A stretch of DNA of 64,000 bases from Eledone cirrhosa (GCA_964016885.1 OZ024745.1:108500001-108564000), one strand, 5' to 3'; counted from the stretch's first letter, positions 1 to 12,354 are shown. Made by a program: numbers and translations. The notes: generated from the letters alone by a model not told the origin.

Positions 1-184
1 TCCACACCTTCCTGTATGTCTCATTCCATCTCTTGCTTACTGAGATATCACTAACGACTAACCTATGCTGTGGGGGTACATTCTTCCCCAGGGTATGCCT
101 TGGTATATGACACCATCTGCCTGTCCCGCTGCCTAACTAGTAAGAAGTCAATCTGGCTTATGTGTTCACCTGATTTGTAGGTTA
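1..184 (-). mobile_element. RTE-type LINE fragment, C-terminal part of APE endonuclease (pseudogenic)
   Basis: Minus-strand translation ITYKSGEHISQIDFLLVRQRDRQMVSYTKAYPGEECTP/QHRLVVSD (one frameshift) matches the TY.SG...SQIDF.L...QH.L.V.D end of non-LTR APE domains; abuts a (TA)n tract. Confidence 0.75.
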
Positions 185-214
185 TTATATATATATTTTA
201 TAACCTCTGTCATT

Positions 215-690
215 TTCGTTCAACAAATATATTTACATTATTCTTAACTCCGAAGCCGAGAATCATTCGGTTTCCTAAATAAAATCCTAGTCTAATGACT
301 CCATTTATACCATAAATGTGGTTTTGTCTTTGCGTGTAATTGTTCTTCACGCTCCACATAATGACGTATTATCTTCGCTTTTTTTTTTGTTCATTGCCAG
401 GGAACGTCTTCACGAATCAAAGTATCATCTTCCTGTTTTCCTTCGGCTGCAACATTTTTCGAAACATTTACTTCTGCGTTCACAGATTGAATTTTTTCAG
501 ATTGAATTTTTTCAGTTTCAGAAGATGCTGTTAAGGGTGAAAGCAGCGATTATTTGCTTAAACTTTAATCTGTTATTTTAATAAATATTTGCTCTATGGT
601 TCTTATATATTTGATATATATATATATCTATCCTTATCAAACCCCCTTTGGATTTTAGTCTTCACATTTATTATTATTACTATATATATA
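215..690 (+). mobile_element. Solo 3' terminal repeat (pLTR) of the Naiad-like Penelope element
   Basis: Colinear with 39680-40160 (cttaactc-gaagccgag-atcattcggtttcctaaat ... ggatttt-gtcttca-atttattattattacta); flanked by (TA)n. Confidence 0.8.
498..572 (+). ncRNA. Type I hammerhead ribozyme-like fold with variant core CAGAAGA
   Basis: Stem I AGTTT(514-518)/AAACT(560-564) plus CAGATTGA/TTAATCTG; core CAGAAGA 519-525; GAAA 539-542; stem III AGCA/TGCT; triplet CUU. Stem II is mutated in this copy. Confidence 0.55.
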
Positions 691-1047
691 ACAACCCTTG
701 TTGTTAATAAACAAAGCATTATTACTATATATATAGTATAAATTATTTCATACACTTAACATGTATGTGCGACCTTAGTTTTTGGGGTCCAGTTATAGTC
801 ACCACTGTATAGTGTAGGAGCTGCCAAAGTCCATCCCAAGAGCTGAAGACTTTCGAGTTCTGTGTCTTTCGTTTGTATTTTTATTTTCAAAAAATAATTT
901 TTTAAGGTTTCTCTTTCAAAAAATTGTTTTTCATTTTTCCTTGTTTTCATTTGTTGTCTTGTCTTCTCTTTGTTAATTTTCCTAAGTAAATTATTAATAA
1001 TCTGTGACATATATGTTTTCTCTTCTTCCCCAATAATCTCAATGATT

Positions 1048-1443
1048 TCATCATCATCATCATCATCATCATTTTACGTCCGCTTTTCCCTGCTTGCAAG
1101 GGTGGGACGGGAACTGATTCTGGCTTGATTTCTACAGCTGGATTCCCTTCCTAACACCTACCTCATTTACAATGAGTGCTGGGTGCTTCTTTTGCAATGG
1201 CACCTCCAAGACCACTTTACAGTGTGAGCTGGGTGCTTTTTTGCAATGGCACCTCCACGACCACTTTGCAGTGGAATGACATGGACCCCAGTCATATCAT
1301 CTCATTTCTATAGCTGAGTAAACTGGAGCAATGTGAAATAAAGTGTCTTGCTCAATGAAACAACACATCACCCGGTCTGAGAATTGAACTTACAACCATT
1401 CGATTGCAAGGCCAATGCTCTAACCACTAAGCCATGTGCCTCC
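1048..1443 (-). mobile_element. tRNA-derived SINE family A (CORE-like centre, RTE-like tail, (ATG)n end)
   Basis: Reverse complement of the ~345 bp unit seen at 5322, 16213 and 30091; carries an internal ~56 bp tandem duplication. Confidence 0.85.
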
Positions 1444-1780
1444 ATATATATATATATATATATATACGTATGTGTGTATGTATAATAGCGGTTATATATA
1501 ACATTTTCATATGTCACTGTCATCATCACTGTTTAATGTCTATTTTCCATGCTGATATGAGTTAGAAAGGCTGTCATATTATGCGGCCAGACAGGTCAAG
1601 TGACCATGTCTTGATCATTTTTGACTTGGTTTTCTATGGCCAGATGCCCTTCTTAACTCCAACTATTTAACAGTGTGTAGTCGGAGTACTTTAACATGAT
1701 ACTGGTATGACCACTTTACAGAGTGAACTGGGTGCGATTTTTGTATATATGAATGGGCCCTTAGTAGCAAATAAAGGGAA

Positions 1781-1821
<41 letters not shown>

Positions 1822-1842
1822 CAAATCAAAGTAGCTCTTATT

Positions 1843-2027
1843 TTGGCAGTATTAGTAGAGGGTCGGACACCATGCTTTGTAGCATAGAGTTACGCCCCTT
1901 TACGCTCTGAATTCAAATTCCACCGAGGTTAAGTTTGCCTTTCATCCTTATGATGTCGATCAAATAAAGCACCAGTAATGCACTGGGGGTAATTGCTGGC
2001 CTTGTGCCAAAAGTAGAAACAATTATT
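1843..2027 (+). mobile_element. SINE family B (~190 bp)
   Basis: tggcagtat..gtagag A-box-like and gttcaaat B-box-like motifs; ends gccttgtgccaaaagtagaaacaattatt; dozens of copies in window. Confidence 0.75.
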
Positions 2028-2250
2028 AATAATTGTTTCCGTTTGGCACAAGGCCAACAATTCGAAGGGAAGTGGGGAAAATCGAAACCAGTCCATTACT
2101 GGTACTTTATTTTATTGACGCCATAAGAATGAAAGGCAATGCTAACCTCAGTAAGATTTGAACACCCAACATAAAGAGTCATAACTATATGCTGCAAAGC
2201 ATGTCCAATGTTCTAACAAGCCTGTCAACCCACTGTCCTTTTATTATTAA

Positions 2251-2957
2251 CTAGCAGTGGTACCCGGCGTTGCACGGGATAAGGTACTTTGGAACGCGGG
2301 CCGCCAACAGACCTAATTGTGGAAAAACTGCATGCCTGGACAATATGTAAAGAAAATAAACCGAATACTCTGATCTTTAAGATTTTCCTCGATGAAGCAG
2401 GAAAAATGCAGGTTTTCACCTAATGTGGGCCCTAGGGGATCAAGTAAATGAATTTTTTTTATGTGCATAATATGCCTTGAAATTTTTGGAAAATCGGCCT
2501 CAAAAAAGCCCTAAAAAGCTGAAAAAATGAAGTTTTTCACCTAAAGTTTTTCACCATAAAAAAGTTGGATTTTCTTTGCTCGCGGTATGAAGAAGAGACT
2601 GACTAATACGTAGTTACAATTTCAAGGAAATCGGTCTGACGTAACGCCTCAAAAAAACCCTTAAAAGCTGAAAAAACACAGTTTTTCACCTAATGCGGCA
2701 TATTATTCAAGGCATATTATGCACATAAAAAAAATTCATTTACTTGATCCCCTAGGGCCCACATTAGGTGAAAACCTGCATTTTTCCTGCTTCATCAAGG
2801 AAAATCTTAAAGATTATCCAACCATCAGAGTATTAGGTTTATTTTCTTTACATATTGTCCCGCATTAGGTGAAAAAAATTGGTTGGGTACTTCTCGAGTT
2901 TTAAGGATTCAAACTCACAGACACACAGACAGACATCCTCAGTTTTATATATATAGA
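2251..2957 (-). mobile_element. Non-autonomous Helitron
   Basis: Minus strand begins A|TCTATATATATAAAA followed by a (GTCT/GT) tract and ends CCCGTGCAACGCCGGG hairpin ... CTAG|T; insertion between A and T. Confidence 0.85.
2338..2860. repeat. Internal inverted repeat in Helitron (arms ~2338-2481 and ~2706-2860)
   Basis: ggacaatatgtaaagaaaataaacc...atgtgcataatatgccttgaa is mirrored by ttcaaggcatattatgcacat...ttttctttacatattgtcc. Confidence 0.9.
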
Positions 2958-3437
2958 TAATATTATTATTAGTAGTAAATTGCTGGACGAAATGTATCCC
3001 CATAATTCTCTCTGAATGTTGTGAGTTCTAATACTGCTGTGTCAACTTTGCCTTTCATTCTTTCAGAACTGATAAAATAAGTATGTAGCAAATACTGGGG
3101 CTAATTTAATCTACTACACCTTAACCACCTCCATACACACAAAATGTATGGACTTGTGCCAAAATTATAAATCAATATTATTATTATTACTTCTCTGACT
3201 ATTGCCACTACTACTGCTACTACTCCTGTTGATTTTGTTGTTTTCTGTGTATTATATAATAAAGGGTTGAATTCATTCTTATGTTGGCTAGAAGTCAAAA
3301 ACTAGCAGCAAAATGAAATATAATGGAAATAAGCCCAGTTACAAGACAAGCTGACATGAGATCAAGTATTATTAAACAACTTCATGACTCCAGGGAGAGG
3401 ACATAAACATAAAAAAAAGAAAAACAAGACAATAACC

Positions 3438-3468
<31 letters not shown>

Positions 3469-4667
3469 GAAAAGAAAATAAATTTTGCATCTTTCAACAT
3501 TTACAAGTGTCATGCATTTTGTCAATTAGGACCATCCAAAATATGACCTTTAAATACCTCTCACTTTTCTCTCCCGTCTTTCTCCTGTTCTCTCACACTA
3601 CACTGTACAATAGTAAATGTATAGTAATTTAAACCCTTTCCATTGTGATTAGATTGTAATGGAAGAAAATAAATAAGCCAAGATAAGCTAAAGTAACTAC
3701 AGAAGAGAACAGACTGAAAATCAATTTGGACTGCAAATGCGTTACATGGCTTCATTTATTGCCACCAATACAGCTGATGGATTCTCTCTTTTAAATGCAT
3801 CCAGTGTGCTGACCAAAAGAAATAAAACCACCTTAACTGCTGGTTTAGCTTGTTGATTATAGTGCCTCATAATGGTCACTTTCAATCCCTAATAGTAACT
3901 AATATGGTGCTAATTTGTCCGTCTAACACTTTAAACAATGTCAGCTTTTTCTTTCCTTCTAATTGACTATTGCTCTACACCATCATTTTGTGCTATTGCA
4001 GCTGAAACACCTGGGTACATCATCATCAAAATTCCATTTTGATATATCGTCAGGTGTGAATATTCCCAAGATGCCACTGACAATAAAGGGCGGGGGGTGG
4101 GGTGGGGTGGGGGGAAGAGACAGAATTAAAGCAATTTTAGCAATATACAGGTGTTAAGAGTCATCGATGTTTCAGGCTAAGCAGACTGTGCCACAAGTGA
4201 GACAGTAGTTAGATGATGGCTGTCAGCCAAACGTAAATACAGTGGTGATGGTGGTAGTGGTGTTAGTGGTGGCAACAGTACCTCTGCCCACCACCACCGC
4301 CACTACTACTACCACTGTATGATGACACAAGTGTAGAATAAATGGAAATAAACCTTTGTATTTGCTGTTTCTGTTCTGCATGTAAGTAAATTACTACATT
4401 GACGGATGAATTACAACATTACATCTGCCAAGCAGAGAAAGGCAAGAATTAGTAGAATGCAAATATAAAAGCTGTTATTGTTTCTTCATGTATTTCAAAC
4501 CTGTAATCATCATAGTGGTTACAAATCTAAGTAGGTATTGTAGAAGAAATCTACACAGCTACAATGCTGACAATATATCTTATTCTATGACTTGCTAATG
4601 ATAATTAAAAACTATAACAAGGTCGATAAAAAATTTGACAACAGAATCTATGCAACAAATAATTATA

Positions 4668-4766
4668 CAGGGTGTCTCCAAAAATGTATATACACTTCAA
4701 CAGCATTGGAATAAATATTGCCTGTACAGGTAATCAAAGTGTGTATACATTTTTGGGGACACCCTG
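4668..4766. mobile_element. Tc1/mariner-like MITE (~100 bp)
   Basis: TIRs CAGGGTGTC..CAAAAATGTATA.ACACT / AGTGTGTATACATTTTTGGGGACACCCTG, TA on both sides; second copy at 43140. Confidence 0.8.
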
Positions 4767-5302
4767 TATTATTGGTTTATAAAATAATTGATGAAGGATT
4801 AGACAGTACTATCAAAAATAATGGGAGCATTATCAATATAAATGTATATGTGTGTGTGCATATTATTTAGAAACAAAACGAATATCCATAAATCAACATC
4901 TCACAGAGATAGAAGGTTTGTATAACATTAATTGTTAAATGTAAAGTAACCATGAGGTTAAATTTATTTTTAAAAATTATGTATTCCTATAGAAAACATC
5001 TGACCATTTGCCTTAGAAATCTTCGTTTCTTCTGTCTTTAGACAAGGAGAGAAGTGAGAGAGAATGCATAAAAGAAAATGAGATAATGAGAGAGAGAGTG
5101 AGAAGTGGAGGAGAGAATGGTGAGTGAAGGAAAATAGTAATGTAACAAATCCAAGAGTTGGGGTTTCAATCTACTTGTGTGTTGAAGTGTGGGAGGATAA
5201 AGGGAGAGAAGAAGAGATGGAATGTGTGTAGATAAGGCATGTTCATTTGGTAGCAAAGTGACGGTAAATAATGCTACAATCCACTATCTGGATAACGTTT
5301 AA

Positions 5303-5864
5303 CCCTTTAGCATTTAAATGTGGAGGCACATGGCTTAGTGGTTAGAGCATTGGCCTTGCAATCGAAAGGTTGTGAGTTCAATTCTCACACCGGTGATGTG
5401 TTGTTTCCTTGAGCAAGACACTTTATTTCACATTGCTCCAGTTTACTCAGCTGTAGAAATGAGATGATAGGGACTGGGGTCCCTATCATTCCACTGTAAA
5501 GTGGTCGTGAAGGTGCCACGGCAAAAAAGCACCCAGCACTCACTGTAAATGAGGTTGGTGTTAGGAAGGGCATCCAGCTGTAGAAATCAAGCCAGAATCA
5601 GTTCCCGTCCCACCCTTGCAAGCAGGGAAAAGCGGACGTAAAATGAAATGATGATGATGATGATGATATCCAGCCAGAATTCTCTCACCTCTATCAGTTC
5701 AAACCAGCCATAACTGGCCACTCATACCGACATTAAGGTATTGTTCTCTAAATAAATAATATGAAAATCTCATAGATTCAATATTATGTGCGATAATCAT
5801 GTAAGGTAAAGCCTTTACTGCGAAAATACAATAGTAAATATAGAGTAATGTAAATGCTAAATGG
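5303..5864. mobile_element. piggyBac-like MITE interrupted by a family A SINE
   Basis: TTAA|CCCTTTAGCATTTAAA left end, TAAATGCTAAATGG|TTAG right end; internal sequence shared with 26731-27077 and 27533-27750. Confidence 0.6.
5322..5667 (+). mobile_element. SINE family A
   Basis: GGAGGCACATGGCTTAGTGGTTAGAG head, GAGTTCAATTC B-box, CCTTGAGCAAGACACTT core, AGGAAGGGCATCCAGC tail, (ATG)n. Confidence 0.9.
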
Positions 5865-6017
5865 TTAGGTCATTTGTATCACTTTGAAATAAGTTTGGGC
5901 TAAATTAAAACTTGGATAAAGACTCTAGAGGGCATTTGTGTAGTCCTTTCAACCTGTCAATATAATCTATTGATTGTGGCCTTGTGCCTTTTTTTGAAAT
6001 CATTATTATTGTATATA

Positions 6018-6212
6018 AGGCCAGTGGATTGACAGTATCGGTAGAGGGTCGGACGCCATGCTTTGCAGCAAGAGTTACGGCCCTTTATGGTCTGAGTTCA
6101 AATCCTGCCGAGGTTAACTTTGCCTTTCATCCTTACAGGGTCGATAAAATAAAGTACCAGTAATACACTGGGATAATTGCTGGCCTTGTGTCAAAAGTAG
6201 AAACAATTATTA
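6018..6212 (+). mobile_element. SINE family B
   Basis: Full-length match to the family B unit. Confidence 0.8.
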
Positions 6213-6513
6213 TTGTATATAGATTTAACTGGTTTGGTATAAAAAGAGTCAAACAACTATTAACAGAGATGAATGAATAGCCTAGTGTATATAAAATATT
6301 TATACACATAAAATAACATTCAATGTCAATATCTTTCATTATACATTTTCAACCCAGTTATTGATAGTTTATTTCACCGTAAACAACATTGAAGGGCCAG
6401 ATATTTAAATTCAATAAGGACTTGTTTTTATAATAATGAAAATTATTGTGTACAGTGCTCAGGTGCACTACAAAAAGATATGAGTTGAAATGTAAATATT
6501 ACTGTAAAAGCTT

Positions 6514-6595
6514 CGACAAAGATGAGGTTTGAACTCAAGCAGTAAATTCTCAATGGACTAGTAGGCCATCGCCTTAACCACCCAGCCACCTTGTC
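6514..6595 (-). pseudogene. tRNA-Ser(GCU)-derived pseudogene (anticodon now reads ACT)
   Basis: Minus strand GACAAGGTGGCTGGGTGGTTAAGGCGATGGCCTACTAGTCCATTGAGAATTTACTGCTTGAGTTCAAACCTCATCTTTGTCG: 82 nt, colinear with metazoan tRNA-Ser(GCT), long variable arm, TTTT just downstream; several stem mismatches and CpG-type transitions. Confidence 0.75.
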
Positions 6596-7719
6596 ACGTA
6601 TATTTCACAACTATATATCTATCTAAAATCACAGACTATTCTCCAGCACTTTATCAAATAATAGACAGTGTTCTTATTAAAATTTCATTTAGCCCTTTCT
6701 TTATAATATTTCTAATGAAATACACTGCAATGAATTTCAAATCATTTCGAAAATAATTAAGAACTTGGAAAGGTTTCATAAATCATTAATATATTAATTT
6801 TCCTATTCTTTGATTGTTTTTGCTAAATTACCTCTTTCATTACCATATTTTAAATAACATAAACTGCCTATGATTTTAGAAATAATCAAAAATTGGGAGG
6901 GAATTAGTAAAATAACTAAGTTTCTTGTTAATGAGCTCGTGTTTGGAATATAACTTAAAGGGTCTTACATAAAATTATGATGAAAAATGTTTAGATAAAT
7001 GTAAAAAAATTTAAAACGTGTAATTTTGCTGTATAGAACCAAGAAGGTGATTTTAAGTAGTTTAGTATCAAAAAGATTAACCTAACATCATAACATACAT
7101 ATATACCCCCTCACAAGATTGAACATCTATAGCTTAGTCCATAGAAAACACCACACTACCAAGGTGGTCTTCAATATCTCTTCTTCTTAATCTGTAACCC
7201 CTGTTGGAGTTGTAGCAGCTCTGTTGTGACATACTCAATGTCTTGGGCAGTTTTTAAACCTAGCAGAGCCCATCTCCTCTCCGGATCTGAGCACAGAGAA
7301 AGTGAGAGAGAATGATAGAGAGGGAATGAGAAAGAAACATAGAGGAAGAATCGACCCTAGCATAGAACTGGTATTTTTTTTTTTTTTTTTGTCAACTTCA
7401 AAAGGTTGACCTCTGCAGATCTTGAACTGAGCATTCTATCCAATGTTCTGTTAATTTTCCACCTTTACCATCTCTACTAAACCCTAAATTATTAAAGAGA
7501 GATTAAAGAAGAAATATGACAATTTTCTGTTTTAAATCACAAATCACTATTTTGCCATTTTGTTCTATTTTAGAGCATACCTTCTCAACAGTCTCAAGAT
7601 CTCAGTATTAGATCTTTCAGTCTATCTTCATCTCTTTTCTTGAATCTCTGGTGCTTACAGTTTATTGAATACAGAATGTAAATGAATTTTATCATTTATT
7701 GCCCTTGCTGGAAATAAAA

Positions 7720-7907
7720 TAATTGTTTCTATATTTGACACAAGGCCAGCAATTATCCCAGTGTATTACTGGTACTTTATTTTATTGACCCCGTAAGGAT
7801 GAAAGGCAAAGTTAACCTTGGCGGGATTTGAACTCAGATCATAAAGGGACGTAACTCTATGCTTCAAAGCATGGTGTCCGACTCTCTACCGACACTGCCA
7901 ATCCACA
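7720..7907 (-). mobile_element. SINE family B
   Basis: Reverse complement of family B unit. Confidence 0.8.
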
Positions 7908-8066
7908 TAATTATGTCAAACTATGATGTTACTACTAACTACTAATTTCATCCACTTCTTTGTGGCACCATGATAAAACGTTTCTATCTCACTCGATCCA
8001 ACTCTAACTACTTTGGTTCTTCACTGGATAATTCTGTATCTAGGATAATCAAAAATTATATTCAAA

Positions 8067-8256
8067 TAATTGTTTCTACTTTAGGCACAAGGCCAGCAAT
8101 TACCCAGTGCATTACTGGTACTTTATTTTATCGACCCCGTAAGGATGAAAGGCAAAGTCAACCTCGGCGGGATTTGAACTCAGATCGTAAAGGGACGTAA
8201 CTATGCTGGAAAGCATGGCGTCCGACACTCTACTGATACTGCCAATCCACCGCCCT
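8067..8256 (-). mobile_element. SINE family B
   Basis: Reverse complement of family B unit. Confidence 0.8.
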
Positions 8257-9786
8257 TATATTAATAATATTAGTTAATAATATTCAAATAATATTATTAA
8301 CTAATTTCTGAAAGATGCTTGACTGTAGGTCTATCAGAAAAGTACATAACATTACATACTTAAGTATTAATACATGAGTATTAATCCTGAAGCATATAGC
8401 GTTTATGTATCAAGGAACTAATTAATTGCTCCTCTGAAGATAGCTAGTTTTGTTTTTTTTTCTTTTAAGAAAGAGGAACATTTACAGAGAAATATCAAAG
8501 CGAGTAATATTAATTAGTCTTTATACATCTGAGAATAAAGTGGAGCTAATCCCAAAATAACAAATAAATGTTTTACAGATAATTTATGTATTTACAAAAT
8601 ACATTTTGACTGTACTTGATTATAATGTGGGGAATATATATATATTACATCTGTGAAACATTTATCATATTACATATTATGCTTTATGTATTACACATGT
8701 AATATTTACAACTAGCATTTGATAAAAACATATTTAATGTATGTTTGGTATTACAGGATTTTAAGCTGTTGCACTATCAGTATTGAATGACATTTAGACT
8801 TATGTTTAATAATGTAAGATTCGTATATTAAGCTAGTTCCATTAGAGTAGGGCTGATAACAAAATTCCCTTCTATTTTAAACTATATTTGATATTGCTAT
8901 ATTATCAGTATGATATCACATTTAATAATAATAATTGTTTCTACTGTTACCAGTGCATTACTGGTACTTTATTTTATCGACCTCGAAAGGATGAAAGAAA
9001 GGCAAAGTTGACCTCGGCGGGATTTGAACTCCAAGAGCAGAGAGCAAGAATGAATACTGTAAAACATTCTATCCGACGCTCTAATAACTGTGCCAATTCG
9101 CCATATCATGTATTAAATCAGATCCCTTAGACTATGTCTGATAAGAGGATTTTTTTTACATTTTCACCATATATTTTACTATACCATGTAGGAAATTGAT
9201 TGCAAAGAGATGTATGAGTGTGTCTAGGTGAGTATGTGTGTGTGTGTCTAGGAGAGTATGTGTGTGTGTGTCTCTGCATGCCTGTATGTTCTTATTAAGA
9301 GACCACACAGTTCAAATGTTTCCAACAGAGAGAACTTTGCTAAAGGAAACAATAAGCCAAAAGATGTCTTAGTCTGGTATAAGTATTACTCAAAAATAAA
9401 TATAGAAACTTTAGGCTATATCTACCTGACTTAATCTTTGATATTGAATGTATATTATTAGAATTGAAACTAAATTTGGGCTAGATTATATTTGATGCTG
9501 AAAGAAAAGAATTATAATAAAGATAATTAGTTTTGGTTTATAAATTTTCAACTAATTTATACACAAATTTTTACCATGAAAATGTAGCATTTATTAGCAA
9601 GGAGTGTGAAAACAATTATGGAAGAGGCTTATATCAGTGACATACTGAATATTGATACAAAGAAACAGAGGAAAGAGAGGGTGAATTAATTCAAATAGTT
9701 GGTGAATGAAGACAATTGACAGAACAGAGTGTTTGAAAGAAGGTGTATTTCTTTCAAAATCTTTCCTGACATTTGTACATTATTCT

Positions 9787-9864
9787 ATGTACTATACATG
9801 CAACTTTGATGAGTTGTAGTGCACCTGAGCACTGTACACAATAATTTCATTATTACTATTACTA

Positions 9865-9907
<43 letters not shown>
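9787..9907 (+). repeat. Short dispersed repeat, probable 3' end of a 5'-truncated retroposon with (TTA)n tail
   Basis: atgtactatacatgca.ctttgatgagttgtagtgcacctgagcactgtacacaataatttcattatt recurs at 59973-60052 (+) and partially at 6430-6472 (-). Confidence 0.65.
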
Positions 9908-9908
<1 letters not shown>

Positions 9909-9909
9909 A

Positions 9910-10613
9910 GAGCGGTAGATTGGCAGTATCAGTAGAGGGTTGGTAGACGCCATGTTTGCAGCAAAGAGTTACGGCCCTTTATGGTCTGAGTTCAAATCCT
10001 GCCGAGGTTAACTTTGCCTTTCATCCTAACGGAGTCGATAAAAAAAGTACCAGTAATACACTGGGATAATTGCTGGCCTTGTGCCAAAAGTAGAAACAAT
10101 TATTATCATTATTATTTAAAAGCAAATAATAAACTAGGTATGTATTGGTGAAATGTCAATCTCCTTTGGTCTTCATTTTTCTCATTATTTCACAGTGGGT
10201 TGGCAGTATTGGTAGTGTTGGACAACATGTTTTGTGGCATATGGTTACGTCCCTTTACATTCTGAGTTCAAATCCTGCCGAGGTTAGTTTTGCCTTTCAT
10301 CCTTACAGAGTCAATGAAATAAAGTAATCATAACACACTGGGTCAATTTAATTGATTCTCCCCTCTTCAAAATTGCTGGCTTTGTGCCAAATGTGGAAAC
10401 AATTATTTCACTATCTGTCCTGTGCGGTGGATTGGCAGTATCAGTAGAGAGTCGGACACCATGATTTGAAGCATAGAGTTACGTCCCTTTATGATCTGAG
10501 TTCAAATCCCGCCGAAGTTAACTTTGCCTTTCATCCTTACGGGGTCGATAAAATAAAGTACCAGTAATGTACTGGGTAATTGCTGGCTTTGTGCCAAAAA
10601 TAGAAACAATTAT
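9910..10613 (+). mobile_element. Three SINE family B copies
   Basis: Units at ~9910-10105, 10195-10405 and 10424-10613. Confidence 0.8.
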
Positions 10614-11544
10614 GATACAACTGGTTGTTGGGTGTACAGTTCATTTGCAGAACAACTTCCACAATATTTTAAAACAGAGGACAGAGAAACTAGTTTCCTA
10701 TAATAATCTATAATGATATTATTTTGTGAATAAAATAATTTTGAGGACTTTATCAGCTTTGTGGGATGTGCAACACTCATCTAGCACATAAGGATTATAC
10801 CCCACCATATCACTGGTACTCAAAGATGGTAGCAGAAGTCAACACTGGTACTCAATTTCTTGACTCAGATTTCATCTGATTTATTTTATATCCAGCTTAG
10901 CAAAGTTAGCTTTAATAAGGATTCCCAGTATGTATATGTGTGTGTGTTATTTTACATCCATTTTTTTTCCATGTTTGAATGGGCACATACGCATGTATAT
11001 AAATACATAAATATATACAAACATGTGTGTGTGTGTGTGTGTGTGTAAAATCCCGACTGCAGCACCAAGCGATTTCAGTTTGTGTTCAGCAAGCCTTTTT
11101 TCAAGGGCATATATATATATCATTATCATCATCATCATCTTCATTTAACGTCCATTTTCCACGCTAGCATGGGTTGTGTGTGCATGTGTCTATCTCTCTC
11201 TCTCTCTATATATATATATACACGCACACACACACACACACACACATATATACACACACACACATACTTTATATATGTGTGTCAATGCATATATGATCAT
11301 ACATACACATAGAATTAGCATTAGCTTGGAAAAAAAAATGTAGCTTACATTTTTTTGTGCAGTTGTATTTTAGTTATCTTTTTGAAGAGTATTTATCTCA
11401 GTGATGAGACTCTGAAGACATATCAATATCTTATCATTACACTTTGGAAGTGACATAAAATAATTTATTGCATGAAGTAACACAGCCTTTAACTTGATTA
11501 GATTTTTTCCACAGATTAGCAACCTTCTTTATATATATATATAT

Positions 11545-11846
11545 TTCGTTTCTGAATTTGTTTAGCAAGAATCTTTATCTGAAAACGTGTGTTGAAACCG
11601 ATATTGTTATGCTTTGGGAGGGTCATGTTGCCAATAAGAAACACACGCACCAGCTGATTTCACTCCAATGTGTGACAAAAGAACTTTGACAATATATGAA
11701 CAACCGTCTGGTTATGGAACCAACCAACCAACTGGATATTTATAAATTCTTAAATTTATAAATTTAATTTATAATAAATTAGAGTGAAAGCAACTGGTGC
11801 ATGTGTTTCTTATTGGCAACATGACCCTCACAAAGTATAACAATAT
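11545..11846. mobile_element. Penelope terminal-repeat remnant with 65-bp inverted arms (11601-11665 / 11782-11846)
   Basis: Homologous to 59097-59338; contains the 3' half of the HHR (aatgtgtgac-aaagaactttgac); bounded by (TA)n. Confidence 0.7.
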
Positions 11847-12032
11847 ATATATATATATAAATGAAAAGTATAGAAAATATTGTAGCAAAAAGCCAACAGT
11901 ATTCCATAATATATATAAGTGACTATAGCATCAAAATGGGAAAAATAGTTAATGTAAGATGTGAGAAAAATAATATATATATATATATATATTTAAAAAA
12001 ATAGAGGTGTAACACACGAGTTGTGATATATT

Positions 12033-12352
12033 AGTAAAAGGAAAAGAAAATGCTGACAAATTTTTCCCAGTGAAAAATAGTTTAATTAGGAATAAGTATA
12101 AATTAGTAATAAGTATTGGTTAGTATTCAGTTTTAGTTTTAAGTTTTTACCGGTTGCGCATTTCTAATGCTTTTCAAAACATCACGGGCGCTCTATCTCA
12201 AAATTATTTTTGAAAAGCATTAGAAATGCGCAACCGGTAAAAACTTAAAACTAAAACTGAATACTAACCAATACTTATTACTAATTTATACTTATTCCTA
12301 ATTAAACTATTTTTCACTGGGAAAAATTTGTCAGCATTTTCTTTTCCTTTTA

Positions 12353-12354
<2 letters not shown>
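12033..12354. repeat. 147-bp-arm inverted repeat (12033-12179 / 12208-12354)
   Basis: Arms are reverse complements across a 28-nt spacer; lies between (TA)n tracts; HHR-like motif near the centre. Confidence 0.9.

Noticed and set aside
5322-5395. tRNA genes at SINE A heads
   Set aside because: tRNA-like A/B boxes run straight into the SINE body; the acceptor stem does not close
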